Assembly: GCA_043745805.1 (NCBI GenBank)
Contig: JAYTSD010000028.1
Location: 32,001 to 96,000, forward strand
DNA from: Fibrobacteria bacterium
GTDB taxonomy: Bacteria > Fibrobacterota > Fibrobacteria > UBA11236
Length of the DNA stretch: 64,000 nt
Direction of reading: 5' to 3'
Below are positions 1-7,824 of the stretch, in pieces. The position numbers and the translations under genes were made by a program. Numbering within the stretch: the stretch's first letter is position 1; every line of letters starts with the position of its first letter. The notes under the pieces were generated by a model. The model did no database searches. It was given only the letters and a program-made list of their open reading frames with translations, and was not told the DNA's origin.

Positions 1-32
1 ATTCACATGTATCAACTTTCAAAATCGAAAGA

Positions 33-2360
33 ATGGATGGATTTACTTTCACCAATATTTCGGATGAAAAAGTTTATTTAGGAACACTTGGCGGTAATAG
101 TGCTTATATGAGCTTTGCATCTAATCGGGAAGGAAGCTTGGAGATATTCATCTATCAAGGTGAACAACTTATGGCTCGATTAGATAGGCCTTTGGTGTCT
201 GGATATAATTACACTGAAATCAAAGCAATGGTGGGTTCTACACTTCTGCCTTTAGGTACTTTTAGGACGGCAATTCGGGCTCAAAGTTTTGATGGAAGTC
301 AAATTTCCATCGATGGACCACAACTTATTGTTGATGGCGCAGCACCCGAAGCTTTATTGAGCGCATCATTGATGGGTACACCGGAAAATCTAACAGCGCA
401 AATAAAAGGTCTAATGCGTGATTATGGCGGATTGGATTATGGCGAATTACAAGTACGCTTAGGTGCGGATATTTTGGATTGGCAATACTTTTTTGATAAA
501 ACATTTGAACTGAATTCTGCAATCCCCCTAGCAAGTCTTCAAGCACATTGTGGTAGTCCATTGCAGATAACACTTTCTGTACATGATTTTGCCGGAAATA
601 TCACTAAGAAAATAGTGACCCTCGATTTAACGGATATGACAAAGTCTTATTGCTCTAATTATCTGGCGGTAACCCCTATTTTGGAGAAAACAGTCAGGAA
701 TTGCGATGGAACCTTTACCGCTTATTTCGCATATAATAATCCTAATCCCTCTTACACGGAAATACCCGTTGGTGATCGAAATTACTTCCTTTATCAAGGG
801 AATAGCCAAGTAGAGTTAGGTCAGGGTACGGTGTACTTAGCAGGAGCGCATAGCGGAAACTTCTCGGTTACCTTTGATGGCGGAGATTTAATTTGGCATC
901 TTGATGGCAATACCGTTACGGCTTCAGGACGTAATTTGAATCAATCCTGCAATCTCAAAGATATTGCCCCCATTTTGGAAAAGGTTACTCGTGATTGTAG
1001 TGGTATCTATCATGCCATATTCGGTTATGATAATTGCAATAGGTCCGTGATCACTTTAGCACCTGGCTTGGATAATGGATTTAAATATAATGGTCAAACA
1101 AACGCTGATTTGGGCCAAATCACTCGTTTCTTACCCGGCCATCATTCTGCGGCTTTTTCTATAGCCTTTGATGGTACAGATTTGATATGGACATTAATGG
1201 GGAAAACCTCAAAAGCCAATAAATCAAGGGCTGTCGAACAATGCTCAGCATTGCCTATTCGGCCTTTCCTTGTAAAAGTGGAAAAGAATTGTAAGGGTGA
1301 TTATCTAGCAACCTTTGGATATTCGAATCCAAATGCTATGGCTATATCCATACCTGCAGGAAACAAGAATGGCATTAATTATAATGGACATTGCAATGCC
1401 AATCTTGGACAGCCAATAGTTTTTCAACCCGGTCGTATTGATAGTGCCTTTACGGTAACATTTAATGGCGGTGATTTGGTATGGGAAGTAGACTGCCGTG
1501 GTGCAACGGCTGCTATTCGTAACGCTTATGAATCTTGTCCGACTAGACAAAATGTGCAACCTATAATCACTCGCGTGGACATTGTTCAAGCCGGTGTTTT
1601 TCGAGCTTGGTTTGGCTATAATAATCCAGGCCAATTGAAGGAACAGTTCAACAAAGGCACCTTAAATCAATTCACCTATCGTGGGGAAACGGTGATGGAT
1701 TTTGGCCAACCAGAATCTTTCGATCCGGGATTAAAGACAGCCGTATTCTCAATAGACTATGATGGCTCACCATTAACATGGAATCTACATGGAAAATCAA
1801 TAACCGCGACAATACCCGCTATTAATGGAACGGATTTAGGAAATCCTACAAGCAAGGGTTCCTATAGTTTTATCGGTGATACATTGAAACTCATAGGTGC
1901 TGGAACCGGATTTAAAGGGAGCTCCGATCAGGGATATTATGCCAATATTCCCTTTCACGGTGATGGTGAAGTATCCTTTCGTTTGGGAACTGTAACTGGA
2001 TCAACAACTGCAGATATAGGTATAATGTTAAGAGAAAATCTTACGGCTTCTGGAAAGGCATTATATTTAGGCGTGAATGCAGCTGGAAAGGCTTTTTTAT
2101 ATGCTCGTTCAGCAGCTTCAACCTCACCAAAGGTGACTCAAGGAACGCTTCCTGCACTTGGGGGGAAATGGTTAAAGTTGCGCAAGAGTGGAACAACTTT
2201 TACAGCTTATGAATCTGTTGATGGGGATGAATGGAAATTGGTAGGTAGCGCAACAGTTACCTTGCCTGTGGATTTCATAGCCGGTTTTGCTATCAGTTCG
2301 GGATCCACTACCACTTTGGCCACAGGAAAAGTTTCTAGCTTGACATTAACTACCAAGTAA
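33..2360 (+). CDS. Large surface/secreted repeat protein (5'-truncated by the window edge): four ~98-aa tandem beta-rich repeats plus a C-terminal ConA-like/DUF1349-like domain
   Basis: The frame is open from position 3. Four repeats have consensus PILxxVxxxCxGxYxAxFGYxN..GQ..FxPG..FSVxFDGxDLxW. The C-terminal GIMLRE..WLKLRKSGTTFTAYESVDGDEW motif is typical of ConA-like domains. Confidence 0.7.
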   Translation: MDGFTFTNISDEKVYLGTLGGNSAYMSFASNREGSLEIFIYQGEQLMARLDRPLVSGYNYTEIKAMVGSTLLPLGTFRTAIRAQSFDGSQISIDGPQLIVDGAAPEALLSASLMGTPENLTAQIKGLMRDYGGLDYGELQVRLGADILDWQYFFDKTFELNSAIPLASLQAHCGSPLQITLSVHDFAGNITKKIVTLDLTDMTKSYCSNYLAVTPILEKTVRNCDGTFTAYFAYNNPNPSYTEIPVGDRNYFLYQGNSQVELGQGTVYLAGAHSGNFSVTFDGGDLIWHLDGNTVTASGRNLNQSCNLKDIAPILEKVTRDCSGIYHAIFGYDNCNRSVITLAPGLDNGFKYNGQTNADLGQITRFLPGHHSAAFSIAFDGTDLIWTLMGKTSKANKSRAVEQCSALPIRPFLVKVEKNCKGDYLATFGYSNPNAMAISIPAGNKNGINYNGHCNANLGQPIVFQPGRIDSAFTVTFNGGDLVWEVDCRGATAAIRNAYESCPTRQNVQPIITRVDIVQAGVFRAWFGYNNPGQLKEQFNKGTLNQFTYRGETVMDFGQPESFDPGLKTAVFSIDYDGSPLTWNLHGKSITATIPAINGTDLGNPTSKGSYSFIGDTLKLIGAGTGFKGSSDQGYYANIPFHGDGEVSFRLGTVTGSTTADIGIMLRENLTASGKALYLGVNAAGKAFLYARSAASTSPKVTQGTLPALGGKWLKLRKSGTTFTAYESVDGDEWKLVGSATVTLPVDFIAGFAISSGSTTTLATGKVSSLTLTTK
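669..1812 (+). repeat. Four intragenic protein-level tandem repeats (period about 294-297 bp)
   Basis: Repeat starts VTPILE (~669), IAPILE (~963), IRPFLV (~1257), VQPIIT (~1554). Confidence 0.85.
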
Positions 2361-2369
2361 GGAGTTGAG

Positions 2370-2822
2370 ATGGTCGGTTTGTTTAGAGGTATGGTTCTGT
2401 GTTCTGTAATAGCAACTCTTTTTGGATGCGGTAAAGAAACTGAACCAGAACCCTTACCCCCCTTAGTAGTCTCCGAGCTAAAAGCGTGTTGGTATATCGT
2501 TGAAAGTAAATCTGGTTGTGTTGAGATGTGCTTCGGGGGGGGGGGCACTTATTATACCCGTTCAAATAATGCTTCATCTAAAGGTGGTGAAGGACTAGGA
2601 AAGTTCAAAGTAACGGGAAATTTAGTACAAATTCGATTCCAATCTAGGTCACTCGTGAATTCGTATATTGACTCTGTGTTTATCCAATGGAACTTTTTTA
2701 TTCAAAGCGATTCGCTTAAAGATTCTAACGGGGATAATATGTACATGCGTTCAGATTCCACCCACAATTGCGGCCCGCACTGGCTGATATTTTCAAAGCC
2801 TGCTGATTGGGATAGTGTTTAA
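2370..2822 (+). CDS. Predicted lipoprotein, unknown function
   Basis: RBS AAGGAG upstream, hydrophobic signal with lipobox LFGC, G11 tract at 2535-2545. Confidence 0.7.
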   Translation: MVGLFRGMVLCSVIATLFGCGKETEPEPLPPLVVSELKACWYIVESKSGCVEMCFGGGGTYYTRSNNASSKGGEGLGKFKVTGNLVQIRFQSRSLVNSYIDSVFIQWNFFIQSDSLKDSNGDNMYMRSDSTHNCGPHWLIFSKPADWDSV

Positions 2823-2848
2823 GTCTTCATAAAAACAAAAGGGAAATA

Positions 2849-3577
2849 GTGCAAACATTTTTACTTCTTACATTGTTCTTTGGAATTCCATTTAACCCCT
2901 TTATTTTGCAAAATAAACAAACACCCTCAATGATTATTCAAGAATATGCCGGAGTCCAATGGGAGACGACTTTTGATTGGATAAATGATACTGTTATGAT
3001 TAAAAAATACAGTCGGCCAGCAAAAAATATAACTATAAGCGTTACCTATATAATGAACAAAAAAGGTTATGTCCAAAGATTAGAAGGGGTGAATTCAACT
3101 ATTCAAACAATATCTTATGCGTATGATAGCAGTAATAATTTGTCATCGGTTCAAAAGGACGAGTTTGTTTTTTATAAAAACTCAGAAATTGATTCTGTTC
3201 GCCAAAACATCGGGCAAGATTTGGAAATGTTTAAGATTAGACGTGCAAATGACATGATTCAATCCATAGTTAAATACACTAAAAATTTTGCGACCACAGA
3301 TACATATAAAGATTCGATTTCATATACTTATCAATCCGACAAATATATTTTTGCAAAAAATGAAAGTTCTAAAAAAATTGATACTGCCTTTTTTGAAAAT
3401 GGATTGCTTGTGAAATTGTCCTTCCCAAATGATTTTGACGGTGGTTCCATTTATACTTTTACTTACCCTAAAAGCGTAAATATATTGTCTAAGGAATATC
3501 ATAAAAAAAATAAAAGGATCTCATTACAATCGATTATTAAATCAATTCAAGGGCGCAATCCGATCATGCTTGATTGA
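2849..3577 (+). CDS. Hypothetical secreted protein with Tyr/Asp/Ser-rich beta-strands and a basic C-terminal tail
   Basis: 242-aa ORF with GTG start, N-terminal hydrophobic segment, YAYDSSNNLSS/YTY motifs and a Lys-rich tail ending SIQGRNPIMLD. Confidence 0.6.
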   Translation: MQTFLLLTLFFGIPFNPFILQNKQTPSMIIQEYAGVQWETTFDWINDTVMIKKYSRPAKNITISVTYIMNKKGYVQRLEGVNSTIQTISYAYDSSNNLSSVQKDEFVFYKNSEIDSVRQNIGQDLEMFKIRRANDMIQSIVKYTKNFATTDTYKDSISYTYQSDKYIFAKNESSKKIDTAFFENGLLVKLSFPNDFDGGSIYTFTYPKSVNILSKEYHKKNKRISLQSIIKSIQGRNPIMLD

Positions 3578-3895
3578 GTGAAGTGCTGTGACCTACATTC
3601 CGACACCCTCCTGACCACTTTTTGGGTTAAGCCCATACATCCCACTGTAATCCCCACATTTGTGGCTGTTGATTTAAGCAGAGGTTAATGGGTCATCAAC
3701 ATTTTTCCGGGTAGTTCTCGTATTGATTTTGGATGCATTTTTCAATTCGAAAAAACAAGACAGGTCAAAAATCAAACCGTAATTCTTTTTTAACTCGAAT
3801 TAATCTTGTATTTAATCATTATTTAACTCAAAAACCCAAACTCAATAAATAATTCTTAAAAAATACAGCAACCGAAGTGGTTTTGCTTTAATTAA

Positions 3896-3915
3896 AATAG
3901 TATTTAAATACTATT
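3896..3915. promoter_or_regulatory. Perfect 20-bp palindrome, candidate operator of the T4SS-like operon
   Basis: AATAGTATTTAAATACTATT, 16 bp upstream of the ATG at 3932. Confidence 0.5.
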
Positions 3916-3931
3916 AATATAAAGTGAAATT

Positions 3932-4870
3932 ATGTTTTACCTCGGCTCGACACTCAATCACCAATCTCACAAAAAAGCAATAATCATTTCAGCATTTTTA
4001 ATTGGAAGCATCCTAGCTATGCCAGTAATAGCTGATCCAGGAGTAAATGGTTCATTCAGCTTAAACGAAACAGTGAACACAAAAAAATCCATTCGTAAAA
4101 TATGGAGCAACTTCTTAGCAGGCTATCAACAAGCCCGTAATGCTGCACAGTCCATGGTTCGCCAGATGCAGCTCACAGCGAGCTTGGCTAATTCCATGGA
4201 GCAAAATCTAATAGCCTGGGAAAGCGTCGCAAAACGCACGGAAGCACTTTTACATGCTGATATCTGGGATGAAAATCCAATCACAGAAATAGAAAAACTA
4301 GAAGAGAATCTTTTTCAAAAATCCGATGACTTGCTTTATAACCGAATTCCCAATGCCCGCCAAAGTTCTAAGAACTTAAATAAAGTCCGTCGTGATTGGG
4401 TTAATGGTCTTGGTTGGGGAGATGACCCTGTGCCTGGTACAGTAGATAAATCACTTCGTGAAGCACTTGGTTTCATAGCATTAAGCCCAGGGCAAAGACC
4501 ACAGCAATCAAGAGATAAAACCACTTTCGATATTCGTAATGGTGCAATAGCCAAATCAGGAGCAAGACAAGATCAAATGGTTTATATGGCAGACAATACC
4601 GATGCGCATTTATCCGCATTAGGTACTTCGCTCGCCAAATTAGAAACTTCCGATCAAAAAACCATCTCTGATATGAATGTGCAACTTTCCGAAAATGATT
4701 TTGTGCAAGGACAAATGGAGGTGAGGCAGAATATGGATAAACTTGAACTCTATACGCATATCCTCTTAACAAAAGCTTCTGATTATAACCGTATGGGTCT
4801 TGCCGCTTATGCAACTCTTCAACCCCTTTTGCTTTTATCTGATGAATTAGAAAGACAGAGGGGCAGATGA
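3932..4870 (+). CDS. Secreted helical protein, VirB5/TrbJ-like position (paralog of 15167-16114)
   Basis: Signal peptide, Gln/Asn-rich helical composition, first gene before the VirB6-like genes. Shares NLxxWxxVxKR..WD..LE..FxKxDxLL with 15167-16114. Confidence 0.5.
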   Translation: MFYLGSTLNHQSHKKAIIISAFLIGSILAMPVIADPGVNGSFSLNETVNTKKSIRKIWSNFLAGYQQARNAAQSMVRQMQLTASLANSMEQNLIAWESVAKRTEALLHADIWDENPITEIEKLEENLFQKSDDLLYNRIPNARQSSKNLNKVRRDWVNGLGWGDDPVPGTVDKSLREALGFIALSPGQRPQQSRDKTTFDIRNGAIAKSGARQDQMVYMADNTDAHLSALGTSLAKLETSDQKTISDMNVQLSENDFVQGQMEVRQNMDKLELYTHILLTKASDYNRMGLAAYATLQPLLLLSDELERQRGR

Positions 4871-5946
4871 AAAAGTTATTGCATGTCACTCTTTCATTTT
4901 TAAAAAAGTTTTCAATAATCATTCTCTTAAATTACGGATTTGGATTTTCAGAAACCGATCAAACCACTGCGCCCCTTGGTCAATTTTTCGATCCTGACAA
5001 TGCGGAAAATATCAATAAAGTTCAATCAGGAGCGCAAACGGCTAAGGATGCAAAAAAGGGGAAAGACCTTGTGAGCCAAGGGAAATATAAAGACTTAGCT
5101 GCGGATTTATTTCTGAAATACCAGAACTCAAAAGTGGGGCTGATGACGCTTATCCGCAAAGTTCAACAAAAGACTTCGGATGTCATTCAAAAGGCTTCGG
5201 AGCGCGTAGATAAATGGCGTACAACTGTTCCAAAAATAAAATCATATACACAGAAAACCATTCGCTATACGGATGACACCTATAATTTCGCCAAGACTTT
5301 TGAAATGTCCGACCTATGGGATATAGACAGAAACTTTTCCAAAGAAATGGAATGGAGACTCAAGCAAGGCCGTCGACTGGGGCTTTCCATTTGGGATTTT
5401 CTGATTTCACGTATTCAAAGAGATGATTTTTTAAAAGGTATAGAGAAAATCCTTTATCCAGATTATACGGTTGAGTTAAACAAATCCGCATTACATGGTT
5501 TTCAATACGATGATAAACCTTCGGAAAGTGAAAAGGTTCCCATTTTCATTATCCATGAATGCCTTGATGTTTTAAACACTGTACAGCAAATGGCAGAAGC
5601 CGAACTTTCTCCTTCTGAATTATCACCGACTCTCACTAAAGAACAATTTGATACCCATCGTATTCGCGAAGCGCTATTCGATCCAAAATCAGGTTACACC
5701 GACCAGGTGGCACTTCGGCAAGACATACTCAATAAGCAATATGAGCTTTCAACACGCTTATCCATTGTTCAAGATAAAATTGCACGCTTAGAAATTCTTT
5801 GGGGAAAACTGGCAGTGCAAAGACTTGAATCTAAAGAGAGAAATACCTCAGCCATTGCAGGAGAAATAAACAAACTCACCGGAGTGGAATTAAACCCCGA
5901 TGCCTGGTTACTTGAAAAATTTGGATTAAAGGACCAAACACCATGA
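4867..5946 (+). CDS. Secreted helical/coiled-coil protein, possibly a distant VirB5/TrbJ-like paralog
   Basis: Signal peptide, ATGA overlaps on both sides, helical. LEILWGKL resembles MEIVWAHL of 15167-16114. Confidence 0.45.
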   Translation: MKKLLHVTLSFLKKFSIIILLNYGFGFSETDQTTAPLGQFFDPDNAENINKVQSGAQTAKDAKKGKDLVSQGKYKDLAADLFLKYQNSKVGLMTLIRKVQQKTSDVIQKASERVDKWRTTVPKIKSYTQKTIRYTDDTYNFAKTFEMSDLWDIDRNFSKEMEWRLKQGRRLGLSIWDFLISRIQRDDFLKGIEKILYPDYTVELNKSALHGFQYDDKPSESEKVPIFIIHECLDVLNTVQQMAEAELSPSELSPTLTKEQFDTHRIREALFDPKSGYTDQVALRQDILNKQYELSTRLSIVQDKIARLEILWGKLAVQRLESKERNTSAIAGEINKLTGVELNPDAWLLEKFGLKDQTP

Positions 5947-6809
5947 CACCTCTCGAAGCTGTAAATGAATTAGCTGCAATGAGTATAAAAGGAAGCTTTT
6001 GGAATCCCTATCGCTTCCTCAATGAAAATGTTTTTCTCTTTAATGATTTCTTAAATAAAATTATTCCGCTCACTGCGGGTCTACTCATTTTCTTTTTTGT
6101 TTTGGAAATGCTTCGGCATCAGAAAGCTTTCTTAGAGGGAGGAAGCACTTCTTCTTTGAATGGGTATTTCTTTTGGTCTGCGGTACTCGCTACATTTTTA
6201 ACAGCCCCTACACTTTATTTTTATGGTGTTCGCCTCGTCATAGAATTAGCGGCTTCTATTGCATCAGCTATTCATAATGCCGATGTAGATGCAATGGATA
6301 TGGATATTCAAAACCTCATGAAAGCGGTTTTGTTATCCACTGAAAATCCTATTTCACTCTTCACAGCATTTTTAGAACTACTTACACCGGTGGGATTTTT
6401 AACAGTCGTGGCCTATTACTTGGTGATAGCGGTGCTTTATCTGTTACCCTATGTTCAAGCCATGTTCATCGCTGTCTTTGTGATGCTAGGTCCCATTTTG
6501 CTTCCCTTTGCATTATGGTCTCCAACACGTAGTGTTGCTAAAAAATGGTTTTTGTCGCTACTTAGCGCGGCTTTTATTTCCGTATTTGGCATGATTGCTT
6601 ATACGGCAATTTCTGTCTCAGGTTTATTATCCAATATGGCAATGGCGGGGGAGAAACATATCCCATCGTTGGTTTACAGCTTTACCACTTTGGCATTTCT
6701 CTTAACCATTGTATGGTCATCCTATCGTTTATTCGGAGCGCTTACAATATCGGTTAATCATGGCTTTGGATATGTTATGCGTCCTTTAAGAAAATTCGGA
6801 GTTTTCTAA
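5943..6809 (+). CDS. VirB6/TrbL-like polytopic membrane protein (paralog 1)
   Basis: Multiple TM segments. QAMFIAVFVMLGPILLPFALWSPTRSVAKKWFLSLL matches the VirB6/TrbL/TraJ core pattern. Confidence 0.7.
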   Translation: MTPLEAVNELAAMSIKGSFWNPYRFLNENVFLFNDFLNKIIPLTAGLLIFFFVLEMLRHQKAFLEGGSTSSLNGYFFWSAVLATFLTAPTLYFYGVRLVIELAASIASAIHNADVDAMDMDIQNLMKAVLLSTENPISLFTAFLELLTPVGFLTVVAYYLVIAVLYLLPYVQAMFIAVFVMLGPILLPFALWSPTRSVAKKWFLSLLSAAFISVFGMIAYTAISVSGLLSNMAMAGEKHIPSLVYSFTTLAFLLTIVWSSYRLFGALTISVNHGFGYVMRPLRKFGVF

Positions 6810-7822
6810 TGGCTGCATTACAAGACGCATTTCAAGAATCTGTTTCCGAACTTGGCAAAATGTCCAGTCTATGGAATCCCTTTGCTGTAATTGATCTTAA
6901 GGGTATTGAGGGGCATACTGTATTTTCTGCAATACTACCTCGCATCATAGTCATAGGCATGGGGATAATGCTTCTCATGGTTTTATTACGCATTCTTTTG
7001 TTTTTAACGAGAACCATTTCCGGTCAAGATAGTGGACAAAGTGTTTTAGGAACGGCTACGGAAATATCCATAATCGCAGCATTACTTGTGAGTTACCCCG
7101 ATTGGATAAGGTTAATTCCACAAATATTTACTTCCATTGGTAAAGGGATTTTAGAATCATCAGTATCGGATCTCACAGCTCAAATATCCGGGGCCTTGGT
7201 GCAGATGGGGAATGAATCGGCATCCGATTTTCCATTCTGGTCAGCAGAGGCTATTTCTATAACGGTTATCAGTCTCTTGGCTTCACTATTGTCGACGATA
7301 GCATTGGTACTCATTTGGGTTATAGCCAAGCTACAAGCTTATCTATTCACTTTCTGGTATCTCTTAGGACCTATTGCACTTCCGACTTTGATTTTTCCTC
7401 CACTTAGCCATATATGCCGTATTTGGTTTTCCACTTTACTGGGTGTGTCTTTTATGAGCGTAACCGGACCGCTACTCTATGTCATTTTGCTTCGCACGCA
7501 TTGGATGGTCAATGCCTTTGCCGCAGGAGGGGAGATGGATGCAATAACCTGCTTAGTTTTTGCATTGCTTTGTCTTTTGACTTTGGTCTCAGTACCAGTT
7601 TTATCCATGAAGATATGGAACGGCATTGAAAGCCGTGTCTTTGCCGGAGGAGCAGGTGCAAGCGATGGTATAGGTAAAACTGTTTCAATATTGCAATCAG
7701 TCGCTACGACAGCCAAATCCACTTATCAAAATTTGAGGGGTGGAAATAAAGACGTTTCGATCCCTAGCACAGAAAAATCAAGTGAACGAAGTATTAGCTC
7801 TGATTTAAGAGGAAGGGGTTGA
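6809..7822 (+). CDS. VirB6/TrbL-like polytopic membrane protein (paralog 2)
   Basis: QAYLFTFWYLLGPIALPTLIFPPLSHICRIWFSTLL core, multiple TMs, TAATG overlap with the previous gene. Confidence 0.7.
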   Translation: MAALQDAFQESVSELGKMSSLWNPFAVIDLKGIEGHTVFSAILPRIIVIGMGIMLLMVLLRILLFLTRTISGQDSGQSVLGTATEISIIAALLVSYPDWIRLIPQIFTSIGKGILESSVSDLTAQISGALVQMGNESASDFPFWSAEAISITVISLLASLLSTIALVLIWVIAKLQAYLFTFWYLLGPIALPTLIFPPLSHICRIWFSTLLGVSFMSVTGPLLYVILLRTHWMVNAFAAGGEMDAITCLVFALLCLLTLVSVPVLSMKIWNGIESRVFAGGAGASDGIGKTVSILQSVATTAKSTYQNLRGGNKDVSIPSTEKSSERSISSDLRGRG

Positions 7823-7824
7823 TT

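Noticed and set aside
3624-3632. 9-bp GGGTTAAGC match to the tRNA-Gly 3' region (17607-17615) in the same orientation, as a possible left att site
   Set aside because: Too short, and it lacks the terminal GCTCCA expected in a displaced tRNA end, so it is compatible with chance. Revisit only if no full att copy is found upstream of the window.
3578-3700. Short inverted repeats (TGGG-TTAAG-CCCA, CCACA-TT-TGTGG) as a possible oriT
   Set aside because: No convincing match to a known nic site and no relaxase in the window.
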